Shown one piece after another: positions 24,426 to 37,474 of a stretch of DNA of 64,000 nucleotides. Within the stretch, counting starts at the first letter, position 1. The number at the start of each line of letters is the position of its first letter. Source of the DNA: the human T2T-CHM13v2.0 reference genome, Homo sapiens; NCBI RefSeq assembly GCF_009914755.1, contig NC_060929.1, one strand, 5' to 3'. A model generated the notes under the pieces. The model saw only the letters and a list, made by a program, of their open reading frames with translations. It was not told the DNA's origin and made no database searches. The position numbers and the translations under genes were made by a program.

Positions 24426-27019
24426 CATAATCAGTTAAAAAAAAGTAAAATAGGAACACAGAAGCAGCTCTTGGATTTGCAACATTGAAGTTATTGCTGA
24501 CGTTGGTAAGAACAATGTCACTGAAGTAGTGAAGATGGTAGGCTATTGTGCTGCATTCAGGGGTTAATGCAAGACAAAGAATTAGAAACAGTGACAATGT
24601 ACAGATCCTTCCATGAAATTTTGTTTGAGAGTGAAGAGATAAATGGGGAGGTAGGTGGAAAGAGGTGAAAGGACAGATAAGAGATTTGTTTTTAAAATTA
24701 GATATACCAGGGCTTATTTGTAGACTAGTGTGACTTACTCAAAAACAAAGGAGAAATTGATGGGGTAGAAGACTAAATTGCCATAGGATTAAAGTCCGTG
24801 AGAAGGTGAGAGATGATGGTATCCACAGCGTTGGTGGAGGAACTGGCCTTAGAGTGGAGACATTCTTTTATATGTAATAAGAGAGAAGACAACATGTCAG
24901 GTACACACCATGGAAGATTAGTTAATTCAGAAGTAGAAATAAGAAAATTCACGTTTTTAATAGTTTATGCAATATGAATTATGTTCATCAGCTGAGAGGT
25001 ATGTGTAGGGAGAAGTGGCAAAGAGTGTTTTGAAAGAAGAAGAAAATAAGAAATAGCCATTTGGAAAGTGAGAAAGGAAACATATTAGGCAAGTCCAGTA
25101 GGAATGATGAGTCGTGGTAAATTGTTTTCTGAAATATGTGATCATAAATTTAAAGTGAGACCATACAGCATAGTTTTATAGTTTTATCCAGTAACAGCCA
25201 CTCCACTTCAGGGAAGGAATTGGGGGAGTTCTTTTTTTACCTTTTGATTATGAATGGAAGGAGTGGAGTCAAGAAGTTAAGAGTGTTTGTGAAAAGATTA
25301 TAATGACGGACCATGTAATTTGAATTGGGTAAAAAAAAGACATAAAGCTATGCAGATAAACATGGATACAGAAAGGTCATATGCTCAATGGATTTTATAT
25401 TTTTTTTGGAAAGAATTAGCAGTGAAAAGGAATACAGTGTTACCGGAGTCATTATCAAAGAATAAGAGATGTGGTTGGGATGTTGATAGATGATGACGGA
25501 AGGTTTGCTGAGTGGCAAAGTCAAATGACATAAACTCCCCAGGTAGAGCAAGGTTTGAAATAAGGAGAAATAAGATGACTTGGAAACAGCAGTGAATAGC
25601 ATGAAGGAACTTATCCCAACTCCATGAAAGACATGAATAGCCATGTACAAAAGTCAATGTTGAAAGACATGAACAGCCACTGAACAGCATCCACTAAAGA
25701 GGACAGCAAAGGAATTAGTATTGTCAGAGGATAGGCCAGAAGATGAAGGAAATTTTCAGAAAGGTTGAGGACATATAGGAATTTTCAGATAACAGAGCAC
25801 CAGGCATGGTTCAAGGGTCAAAAGCAAAGAGGATTGAAAAGATGGGTCAGTTTTAGGGGAGTACAGAGGCCAAGGATGACCTGGGAGGCTTAGGCTTCTC
25901 TGACTGATGACATCAGGGTTGGTTCAGTCCAGAGACCTTGAAGGTAGACAGACAATCAATTCAACCTGGGAGGTCTGAGTCCAAGGCTTTAATGGCTGCA
26001 AGCTTCTGTTGTGTGCAGGGACAGCCTGGGAGATGGCTGAAAGGCTCCCTTCACAGAGGGCTGATCTTTTAGGCAGCAAAGAGTATAAGACAGTTGGGGG
26101 TCTCTTGTCTCCTGCAGAAAAGTAGTACAGCAGACCATGGATTGCCTGTTTTGCCTGAAGTAAATGACTTTGAAATGACCTTTACTCTCCTTCTCTCCCT
26201 CTGCATGATTCCAGAACACCAAGTGATAAAGGTTATTGACAAATCTTGGGAAATAATGAACCTCAGCAGTTTCACTCTCTTCAGGTCTCCATACAGTGTT
26301 GCATGCCCAGGTCCCTCCTGCAGGTTGTACTGACATAATCTCCCTCCAATATCCCCTATGAAATATCACTCCCATAGAGATCCTCTCTGTGAAGAAACTC
26401 TTTAGCTCATTTTACTTAGATCTTAATGTCTTTCAGACAGAGACTGTATCTGTGTTACATGCTGTAGAAGTGGCAGTGATAAATCATTCTTTGCTCAAGA
26501 CCAACAAGAATCAGTGAGAGAATGCATTAAAAAAGCAGAGACAAAGTCAGCCAGGAAGATATCTTTGGGTGGAGAATTCCTTCCTCTGTCTGGGAGATTT
26601 AAAGAAATGGTGATGGAGAGGAAATTACAAAAGCCCTGGAGCTGATTTTGAAAACTTAAGTTCCATTGCTGGGATTGCTTAGACACAGTCCAAGCGCACT
26701 GCTAATCACACAGTCCTGGGGCACATGGCCAAGTGGCAGAACTGGGTGAACTGTTTGCCTTCTGTAGGTTCACAGGATAGAAAAGTCTTCTATTATTTTG
26801 CATGTTGAAAAGACCACGTCCTTCAACTCAGTGTATTCTTGACACTCTCTGTCCTTGAGTTCCTGGTGTTATTACTCAAATGACCCATCAGATTTGTTCA
26901 ATTTCTCAAACAGCTGCAATTTGTAAGAACCCTGACTGTCACTTTAAGTATTTTCTAAATTCTTCCCTCGTTATAGAAGCTTGAAAATAATAACCTCTTT
27001 TTAATGGGTGTAAATGGGC

Positions 27020-27176
27020 AGAGTTAGTTTAGAGTCAAGTTATTCGTCATTCTGGTCTCGGTCCTGCTACAAATTAGGTGAATGACTTAGAAGAAAGACA
27101 CTTTCCTTTGCTAGCTTTGTCTTCTCATCTGTAAAATAAAGGATTTGAACACTTTCCAGTTCTAACACCCTGTGAA
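27020..27176 (+). mobile_element. MIR (MIR3/MIRc-like)
   Basis: TGAATGACTTAG...TTCTCATCTGTAAAATAAAGGATTTGAAC...TTCCAGTTCTAACA. Confidence 0.7.
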
Positions 27177-27244
27177 CCATAAAATAGAATTCCAAGAGGA
27201 AAGAGCAGTTTGTCTCCTGACTCCCTTAACAAGGAAAATTGTGC

Positions 27245-27520
27245 CCCACTGGCAATCAAGAAAATAAAAATTTAAAATCAATGTCATTTCAACTTTTGTC
27301 CATCAAGATAACAAAGTAAAATAAATAATTGTCTGGGCTGTATTGAGTGCAGGAAAAAAGACCCCCAAGTAGCGCTGGTGAGAGTGTAAAGTGGAACATC
27401 AATTGGAAAGCGATTTAGCAACAGTATCAAGAAAATTAAAAGCATTCAAGTCCGACAATTCAACCTTTGAAATATTTACTTCTATTTTCTATAATAAATA
27501 TGTACTGATTTATTATAAGC
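27245..27520 (+). mobile_element. L1ME-like ORF2 3' fragment
   Basis: GCTGGTGAGAGTGTAAAGTGGAACATCAATTGGAAAGCGATTTAGCA. Confidence 0.6.
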
Positions 27521-27552
27521 AAAAAAGAACATAGAGGAAGTAAGTAGAGAAG

Positions 27553-27600
27553 GGAAGGAAGGAAGGAAGGAAGAAAGGAAAGAAGGAAGGAAGGAAGGAA
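27553..27600 (+). repeat. (GGAA)n microsatellite
   Basis: (GGAA)5 GAAA GGAA AGAA (GGAA)4. Confidence 0.95.
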
Positions 27601-27799
27601 ATCAGTCTTGGGCCATAGACATCCCATGTATCATGCTGCCTTCTGAATACCTAATTATCCTTACATGGCCACACCTTTTGGATTATGAATGAATGAAATG
27701 CAGTCTTCGATAAAGTGGAAGTATATGTTAGGGTCACTAGCATATGTATTTTGAGTTTAAATATTTTAATAATTTTGTGGAAGCTTCTTTATATTTACT

Positions 27800-27965
27800 A
27801 ATTCAACAGAAAATATAGAGCATCCACTAAGTGATGAGAATGGTCTTCTGTATGCCTGATAGGGCAGTAAAAAATACAGATATTCTCTGCCCCATTTGAT
27901 ATGAGATATAAGATAAATGTTGATGAGAAGAACTTGGAGGTTACAGAGTGCTGAGGCAGGGAGCT

Positions 27966-27996
<31 letters not shown>

Positions 27997-28940
27997 GGAT
28001 GGTCGTGGACAAGCTCTCTGCAACGGTGATATTTGAGAGTCTATCTGCATATGGTGATGAGTAATCCGTGCACCTATCTAGGGGAAATTATGTGAGGCAC
28101 AGGGAACAGCACATGCAAAGGCGGTGAGCAGGGCATCACTTGGAATGTTTGGGAAATCACCAAGAGGTTAGTGTAGCTGGAATGAAGTGAACAGCAGGGC
28201 TGCCACCCCATGGTGTTATACAACCCATGTGAAGGCCACCATACGGTGGCTTTCATAGAGACAGTAGCAAAAAATGAGATCAGAGATATGTAGGAGGTGC
28301 AGAAAAAAGATCAGAGAGGTGCAGAAAAAAGATCAGAGAGTTGCAGGGGGTGCAGATTATGTATGATCATGCAGCTGAGATAAAAAATTTGGATTTTACT
28401 CTCAGATGGAAAATCACTGGGGAGTTTTGAGTATAGTAGTGGTGTAATCCAAAATAAGTTTCAAAAGAAACTTTATTATGGCTCTATGTTAAGGGTAGAC
28501 TGTAAGAGAGCAGGTTAAAATAAGAACACCTGATAGGCAGCTGTGAAAAACAACCAAGATGTCACATCATGGCAGCTTGACTAAGGCTGGTTATGGTGAA
28601 ACTGAAGAGAAAATATCAGATTTGGGATCTGGGTTTCTCGTATGTTCTATGTAGGCCTGTTGAGTGGATTGGCTTGGTTGTGGTCTGTGAGATAGAGGAG
28701 TTGAAGTAGACGCCAACCCATTTTTTAGTCTAAACAACTGGTAAAATAGAATTTTTGTTTTTTCATTTACTGAGATGAGAAAGAATGTGAGAATGCAGGA
28801 TTATTTTTGTTTTCTGTTTTTAATTTTCTTTTTATTTCTTTTGTTCTTGGCTGGGTTGAATCAGGAGTACAATTTTTGACATATTAAGTTTGAAATGGAT
28901 ATTAGACATACAAATGGAGTTATTTAATAGGTTTGTGTAT
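27800..28940 (-). mobile_element. L2a-like LINE
   Basis: AGGCACAGGGAACAGCACATGCAAAGGC ... TTTGGATTTTACTCT ... TTTTGACATATTAAGTTTGAAATG; contains T28 run (27968-27995). Confidence 0.85.
28294..28346. repeat. 22-bp tandem duplication
   Basis: GAGGTGCAGAAAAAAGATCAGA x2 followed by partial GAGTTGCAG. Confidence 0.9.
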
Positions 28941-29924
28941 ATAAACGAGTTGGATATGCTCCATTCTTTTATTCAAGTCTTTCTTTTACCTAATGGCATA
29001 GTTATAACTTGGTTGTGTTTGGAGTTTGGTTTTGGGTTATATGAGAGAATTTAAATATAATTGTATATACTTAGGCCCTATGGGCTTCAACCTTTAATTG
29101 ATAAATGCATTTTGTGGTCATGTCAGCATCCTTGATGTATTTAAGAGTGACACATACTGGTACAAAGAAAATTCTATTTTCATTTTTGTTTGAAAAACAG
29201 TGTATACTTCTATAGGCTTTCTTTCAGATGGAGCAATCCTGTACCCAAGGAGCATTCATTATAATGTTTCAGGTTAAAAAATATATGTAAAGTTGTCTAC
29301 CAAGATTTACCTCATTCAAGAAATGTGTTCATTCTACCATGGGAAGCAGGAGAAAAAGAACCTAATTGCCATCCTGAAGCACTTTACTGAAAATGTGTCC
29401 CAACTTTGTTTCAAGTCAATCCAAAGTGAAATCTTTCTTAAAATGAGGGGAAAAAAGGGGATTATGATTTTACTATGAAGTACATCTGGCTGGTTAAGTC
29501 AATACTAAGAGAGAAATGATGATGGTTTTACTTTGCAGGCTTAGCTCATCTTTGATGTTTCCTTTCAGAAAATGGAGTGTCTGCAACCTTTCACATACCT
29601 CACAGAGGAAGCAGCTGCAATAGAGGTGGTGCTGGAGGCAGATGAACCCTCACTTGTAATTAGAGGAGTTTAAGGGAAATTGGACATCTCGCCTTTGGAA
29701 TGTGGCATCTTTTTCTGAATAGGATAGTCATATCCTGTGGGTTTATGCAAAAGGTTAGTAGCTTATGCAGGATTAAGATAAACTAAGTTTACAATATTTT
29801 TTAAGATTTTTTTTTTTACTTAAAGGCTGGTAATTGCTACAAATATTAAATAACATATTGGCATTTATCTAGAGAATATCAAATCATATTCAAACACTCA
29901 CACTGTAGGACAAGACGAAGGCAT

Positions 29925-30852
29925 CTGCTTTAGTCAGGATTTTTTTAATTGTGAGAGAAAGAAACTCAGTGTCTGAGGCATGGAGGGAGTTTGTTGGCTC
30001 ACACAACATCAAGTCTAGGGTGGGTAACAGGAGGTAAGGATGGAGCCAGGTGCTTCCACAGCAATGTTTGGAACCTTTATCTCCCCATCTTCTGGCTCTG
30101 TGTGTTCTGTCTTGGGTTTATTCTCAGACAGCCCCTTCCTTCATGGTGGAAAAGATGAATCCCAGCAGCTGCAGGCTTATAGTCCATTGACTAAGCAATC
30201 TCAGAGGAAAATGGAGTGCCCCCTTTCCCAGTGTCCTAGGGCAAAACTCAGGACTGTTCCGATTGGCCTGGCTTGGGTTGAATACTCAACCCTGAACCAC
30301 TCTCTGAGGCCCAGGATGGAATTTTTTGATGGAGTGAGCAATGATCACATGCCCACAATTGGAACTGCAGCATTAAAATGAGGATCATTAGCACCTGCAC
30401 CATAGGGGGAGACTGGGTATTGTATTACAGTTTGCTAGGACTGCTAAAACCAGATATCATAGATTCAGAGGCTTGAAAAATGGAAATGTATTTTCTCAAG
30501 TCCTGGAGGCTAGAAGTCCAAGATCAAGGTGTTTGCAGGTTTGGCTTCTCCTGAGGCCTCCTTGCTTACAGATGGCCACCTTCTTGCTGTGTCCTCACAT
30601 GGCTATTTCTCCGGTGTGTCTTTCTCCTCTTGTAAGGACAACAGTCCTATTGAATCAGGTCTCCTTTATGGCTTCATTTCACTTTAATCACCCCTCTCAA
30701 GAACCCATTTCCACATACAGTCACATTGGACCTTAGGGCTCCAACATGTCAAATGTGAACTTGGTGGTGGAAGGGAGAGACACAATTCAGTCTATAACAG
30801 GTGCTGATTTTTCAAAAGGAAGGCTAGTCAGGCAGAATCCTGTCTCCACTGC
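29925..30852 (-). mobile_element. MLT1J/K-like MaLR LTR, interrupted near its end by MLT1A/B
   Basis: TAGTCAGGATTTTT...TTGTTGGCTCACACAAC...ATTGGCCTGGCTTGGGT...CCCTGAACCAC; short remainder after 30800. Confidence 0.65.
30421..30799 (-). mobile_element. MLT1A/B-like MaLR solo LTR
   Basis: TGTATTACAGTTTGCTAGGACTGC ... CTGGAGGCTAGAAGTCCAAGATCAAGGTG ... ACACAATTCAGTCTATAACA. Confidence 0.9.
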
Positions 30853-31239
30853 AGGCTTAATAAACCTTGGGGAATGAAAACCATGATAAGAGGCAGCAGA
30901 AGGGTGCTCCAGGTACCAAGTGATAAGACATGGGGAATTCTTGCTCAGATCATTCAGGTGTTTCTTCCAGAGGACACTGAATAGTGTGGTCAGAGTAAGG
31001 AAGGACATCCCAACCCACACATGGGCAGAGCTCTCATTCTTTGAATGGAAACCCTACACAGTTCTAATGAAAAGATAAGATTGGGAAATAGTTTGGCTTC
31101 TGACTTCTTATCTCAGTGTTCATCCACCTCCTCAGGCCAGGGTTTGTATTTCCCAGGGCTTGCTTTGTTGATTCTCTTACATGGAGTAAGGAATAGCCAC
31201 CACTGAGGCCAGCATTCTTTGTTGGCATTCTAGTATGAA

Positions 31240-31600
31240 AAGTGGAAGAAGGAGAAGATGAATGTCAATGGAGGCCCTAAGAATAACTGCAGCGGAGGAA
31301 ACAATAGTTATTTTTCACTAACCTCCTAAATTTCTTCTCAGGGAGAGGGGCCCACCAGAATACTTGAGTAGCTGCTCCCCAAATGTATATGGAGCACTGG
31401 ATCCAACCTGCACAAGGGCTGGACTGTGGCAGGCATGGAAATGTGCTCCTCACATCCCCCTTCAAAGAAAAATTTGCTTCCAGCTGCAGGGAGTGGGGTC
31501 TCCAGGTGGCCTCCAGCAGTCAGCTCCTGCAGGCTCTGCTGCTGTTGAAAGAGCTGGCTTGGCTACATTTATGTCCTTCCTGGAGATGCCTGAATCCCAC
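31240..31600 (+). mobile_element. ERVL internal 3' end plus partial LTR16A (LTR starts 31425)
   Basis: GTGGAAGAAGGAGAAGATGAATGTCAATGGAGGCCC (VEEGEDECQWRP, like the ERVL pol end), PPT-like AAGGGCTGGAC, then TGTGGCAGGC...ATCCCCCTTCAAAG...GCCTCCAGCAGTCAGCTCCT. Confidence 0.7.
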
Positions 31601-31604
31601 GGAT

Positions 31605-31750
31605 TTAAAACTCCTAGAGAATTTTAAAACAAACAAACAAAAAACCCCTAGCTAATTTAGCAAGGTCACAAAATGCAAGGTCAAAAATCAAATCTATTAT
31701 ATTAATACATATTCATCAACAACAATTTAAAAAAAGAAATTAAGAAGCAA
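31605..31750 (+). mobile_element. Old L1M ORF2 fragment
   Basis: AAAACTCCTAGA ... AATTTAGCAAGGTCACAAAATGCAAGGTCAA. Confidence 0.6.
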
Positions 31751-32099
31751 TGCTTTCCTATCCACTTCCTAGAAACCTAATGGAGGGGCACCAAGTTCTC
31801 AAGGTTTGCCCATATCTGGGGGTTTCATCTTATTGAAACTGTTTGGCTAGCCACCCATAGACCCTGCCCAAAAAGCAAGGAGGAGTAAATACAAGGAGAT
31901 GGGGTTGAGACCAGCAACAACGTGGTGAAAGATATATTCAAACAGATTTTTGTGGAGTTTTTTTAGGTAAAGTACAAAATAACTCACCTCTTGTTTATTC
32001 CTAAGAATTCCTCAATAAAATTCACATTTATGCTAATTGCCCTTAAGGTAGCTAGTCACTGTTCCCTTCTTAGGTTGAGGCTACTGTAGTTTTCAACTT

Positions 32100-33882
32100 A
32101 CAATCATTTCTCCATTGCCCAGTTACTTAAAAATGGCTATGGGTCCCTTGGGGAAGGACCGGGGAATCAATACCATGTATATTTCCATGAATTTTTCAGG
32201 GTCCTTCATTCTGGACACCTGAGCACCTATTTAGCCAGTGGATTCTGAGACTGAAAATGCTGACAGGCTGGAGCACTGGGCAAGGGCTCATAGTATTTTA
32301 TTGGGGTCACTACCCTATCATTAGTCTCCTAATCATTCTTCCTTTTCTTTTTCTGCTGCTGCAAGTTGAGTAATGCCCTGGACAGATGTCCATTGATTTT
32401 TGTCCCTCAGGATGCCATGTTCTATTAATGTCTCCACAAGTATCTATGGCTGCCACTCCGGCTTTGCCTGCTATTGCAATAAATGCAACGTCATGACTTC
32501 CGGGTGATTAAATGTCACCACTTGGCCTCTATTACTACCAGGTCCTGTTTTTCCCTTTACCATCAGTGAGTAGAGTTCTTCCATAACTGTGCCTCTTACC
32601 GTGAACCCTGCTTTACAATGGAGAGTGACTGCTGAACTTTTTTTTTAGTCCATACTGCTGACTTTCTCTACCAGTGCATTCCTTATGGTCCTGGTGGATA
32701 GTGTATCCTCTGATCTTTTCCATGGAGCTTAATCATCTGGTGGATTTTCGCATTATATATATGTATCCATCCCAGCACACTTACTTTCCTAAACCTTTTA
32801 ATCCCTTTCTACCATCTTCCATGACAATTATGGCATTTAAACTTTCATAGAGGGCCATGGCTTCTTTCAGGATTCTTAGAGTCAACTTTCCTATAAGTTT
32901 GCACTATCTCCCTTGGTCTTTGCCTGGTTGTAAGGCATAGCATCTCAGGAGAGCACTACCAGGTCAGTACACTCTCTCCTACCCAGTTTCATATTCTGAA
33001 TATCTTAATCTAACATTCTCAGAGTCTAGTTCCACACACATGCCTCCTAGATCTTGCCAGTACATGCTGGCTAAATCTTTCAGCTCCCTTAAAGTATAGC
33101 CCATTTCCTCCTTCAGCAGGATCAGCTCATCCACAGCTAAGCTATGCTGTGATTTACCCTTATAGACTTACTGGCCCAAATTTGAGATGGAGGAAGATTT
33201 TGACTGGAGTACCTGTTGCGAGAGGGAGGACTCTGCATTGTCTTCCAGCATGGGATGGAGTGCTAACTCTTACTAGAGAAGAGTGGATAATTTATGCATA
33301 CTCAGACGATTCAAATGAGTCTAGAGAGTCAAAATCTTTGGAGCATCAAACAGATGTGTCCATCTCATGTGTCAGGATCCAAGATTTTCACAAACAGAGT
33401 TTCAGATCTAGGCTTATCAGATGTACCTTAGTTGAGGATTTAAAATTCTTTGAAGTTCAGCCATTTGGGTTCTTAATTCCTGGGCTTAATAATCTTCTGC
33501 CCTGCTGCTGCAGGAGATGAAAGCTTCTTCATAATAGGTTTTCATTGCCCATTATGATAAGTCAGTTGTTAGTTGTATTCCAGTAGAGCATCAGTGCCAC
33601 TTAGCAATAGCCCTCCTTTCTTGTTATGTTTATATCTACTGTTTTATCCATGAGTCTGAAAATCCTGATCCATTGCACCCTCTTATCCATTCCCTTCCAA
33701 CAGCAGACCATTCTAATTTATTACTGGTGAAGGCTTGACATTTGACCCACTTCCACGTGCCTGGGGCTGTCTGTCTTCCACCAAAACCAGCTTAGGATTC
33801 TCGTTGTCATCTAAGCAATGAATGATTCATCTCCAAAACTTCATCTTATCACCTGATTTTTCAGAACACTGCCAGTATTAAC
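32100..33882 (-). mobile_element. ERVL internal region (HERV16/ERV3-16A3-like): leader, decayed gag, start of protease
   Basis: Minus-strand translation fragments PWKRSEDTLSTRTIRNALV and LIEHGI resemble ERVL Gag; abuts an LTR16A at 33883. Confidence 0.75.
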
Positions 33883-35200
<1,318 letters not shown>

Positions 35201-35219
35201 CGCTGGATAATTTTTAAAA

Positions 35220-35480
35220 TATTTTTATTTATTCCTGTAATTGACACATAATTATACATATTTGTGGGGTACATAGTGATGTTTCAACACATTATGTATA
35301 GCAATCATAGCAGGATGATTAGCATATCCATCATCTCAAACATTCATTATTTCTTTATGTTGGGGATATTCAATATTCTCCTTTTAGCTATTTGAACCTA
35401 TATATTGTTGTTAACTATAGTTATCCGACACTGATATAGAACACCAGAACTTATTTCTCTTATCTAGCCATAATTTTGCA
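35220..35480 (-). mobile_element. L1MA (4/5-like) 3' UTR fragment
   Basis: AATTATACATATTTGTGGGGTACATAGTGATGTTTC ... ATTAGCATATCCATCATCTCAAACATT ... TATAGAACACCAGAACTTATT. Confidence 0.85.
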
Positions 35481-35590
35481 CATATTACTTTTTGGTTTCT
35501 AATTTGAAATGCACATGAAATCATACAAAAGACTCTTCAGTAATGAAACGTAAGCCTCCCTCACATCCTTGTTCCTCAGTTCCTCATTTC

Positions 35591-35772
35591 CAAGGCTGCC
35601 AAGTAAGATTGTTCAAGTCATTTGCTGCACAATGGCACCTGGCTGAGGCAGTGAGTGGTGGTTTTAATCTAGCCAGAGCACTGCTGCATAAGCCATAACT
35701 CATGGCTCCGAGAAAAAGAGTCCTTTTTATCGCTACCACACAAAAGCATTATGCAACAAATTGGCCGCCCTG
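35591..35772 (+). mobile_element. MER91A-like hAT-Tip100 MITE
   Basis: Termini CAAGGCTGCC / GGCCGCCCTG; CTGCACAATGGCACCTGGCTGAGG; degenerate 8-bp TSD CTCATTTC/CCCTTTTC. Confidence 0.7.
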
Positions 35773-36649
35773 CCCTTTTCCCCAAAGGCATAACTGTGCC
35801 TAGTTTCTTGTGTATCTATCCTGACATAGTCTATGTTGTCCAAACACATACCACATACTATATGTATGAAAAAGTTATTTTAAAAGAATAAAGAAATGGC
35901 GATACAATGGTGACAAAAGGCAATACAGTAGAATCAGAGTTGAAGTATTCCTAGAGAATTCATTCAACGAAGCATGGTAAAATTGAATTTAAATGAAGAA
36001 AAGAAAATTGGAACAAATAAATCTTAAGGAAAGAAGCTTAAGTGCAATCATTGTTGGATTGTTTTCCCCTTGAGTAATCCTCAATTCAGATAAATTGTTT
36101 AAGCAGCTACTGAAATTGGTTGTATCCATTGCCAAGGGGGTTAACATTTGGTACTTCATTCACAACGTTCCCCACAGCTTAGAAGAGTGTGGAGGCTTGT
36201 TTGTGGTCTAGCTACCACTGCAGAAACCTTTAGGATTTTAGGCTGCTGGGAAACCTGAGAATGGGTGTCCCCATGTGAAGACTGACACTTCCATCTCATT
36301 CACTCTAATGTCCTTCAAAACGAAGAATTGCTCCAATGGGCAACCCTAGGGCACTCTATCAATTTTGTACCCTAACATCTCTATATTCATTCCACCTGGG
36401 GTGAAATTTCAACTGGTTCAGAGAAAACAGTGATTAAATCAGCAGATAAGTGAAATTATGAAATTTGATTATAAGGATTGCTCTGCCACTCTTCATAACT
36501 TCTGTCTTTGTTTCTGTTTCATGTTTTGTCTCATTACAGAAGACCCATATTGGTCTTCTTTTGGGTTGCAATGCTTTTGCCTTAGGCTCTTTGTATTTGT
36601 TGTTCTTTAACTTTTGAAGACTCTTCTCTACCTTGAGATTTAATCCAGT

Positions 36650-36902
36650 GAACTCCCGTTTATCTTTCAAGCCTTGGCTTTAATGTTGATCTGGCAAGGC
36701 AGGTAAGTGCCCCATCACAGCAGCTTGAACTTCCCCTCTTATTACATCCACCACATTTAAAACTACCTGCTTAAGGCTTGATTTTGACACCAGACCATAA
36801 GTTCCATGAGCACAGGGACCATGCCTGTCTTGTGACCATGATATTGTCATTGCTGAGCACAGTGCCTGGCTCATATTATGCATTCAATAAACCTGTTGAA
36901 TA
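36650..36902 (+). mobile_element. L2 3' end
   Basis: CCAGACCATAAGTTCCATGAGCACAGGGACCATG ... AGCACAGTGCCTGGCTCATA ... TCAATAAACCTGTTGAAT. Confidence 0.85.
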
Positions 36903-36993
36903 GACTCCATCCCTTGAGTAGATGGAATTATAAAAGTTATTCGTGGCCCTATAAAAGGAGAGTTTTTCCCTGTTAAAAAAAAAATAGAATTGG

Positions 36994-37263
36994 GGCCAGG
37001 CGCAGTGGTTCATGGCTGTAATCTCAGAACTTTGGGAAGCCAAAGTAGAAAGATTGCTTGAGGTTAGGAGTTCGAGAAAAGCCTGGTTAACATAGTGAGA
37101 CCCCGTCTCTACAAGAAAACAAAAACAAACAAACAAGCAAAAAATTAGCAGGATGTGGTGGCTTTAGTCCAAGCTACTTGGGAAGCTGAGTTGGGAGGAT
37201 CTCTTGAGCCCAGGCGTTGGAGGCGGCAGTGATCTATGATTGTACAACTGCACTCCATCAGCC
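36994..37263 (+). mobile_element. AluJ, 3' end and tail lost
   Basis: GGCCAGGCGCAGTGGTTCATG ... TTGAGCCCAGG ... CTGCACTCCA; middle A-rich region expanded to (CAAA)n. Confidence 0.92.
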
Positions 37264-37474
37264 AGATGATTTTTAAATTAATTATGGGGTAAACAGATCT
37301 TTCCACTCTGGCTGGGCTGAAAATTCAAATGTCTTCCAGTAGTGGTCATCTTCAGTATCTTTCTCTTTTGACCTTGTAGCAGCCAATCTCCAGTAATTCT
37401 CACAGATTTGACCTGCACGAATGCTGCCCAACCCTCAGCTAGAACTAGTGGGGACATTTTGGTGGACTTTTTTT

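Larger units (their letters stand above)
22340..25900 (-). mobile_element. Long L2 LINE remnant split by L1 (22340-22615 and ~24445-25900)
   Basis: GGAAAACCAGGA...GTGTGATGTCATGAAGC...GTGGTCAACTGTG...GCTGAGA resumes as TTGGATTTGCAACATTGAAGTTATTGCTGAC...; purine-rich L2 antisense character throughout; right edge approximate. Confidence 0.7.

Noticed and set aside
24418-24432. AAAAAAACCATAA after the first L1PB resembling the left flank of the L1PB at 62840
   Set aside because: Low-complexity match in the wrong order; both elements contain the same ORF2-end/3' UTR segment, so they are separate insertions
25989-26375. 128-aa minus-strand ORF in unique DNA
   Set aside because: No recognisable domain, compositional bias or splice context
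28294-28346. Short direct repeats (also 13629-13790 and 15437-15511) as a CRISPR-like array
   Set aside because: Eukaryotic context, only 2-3 adjacent copies, no unique spacers, no cas genes
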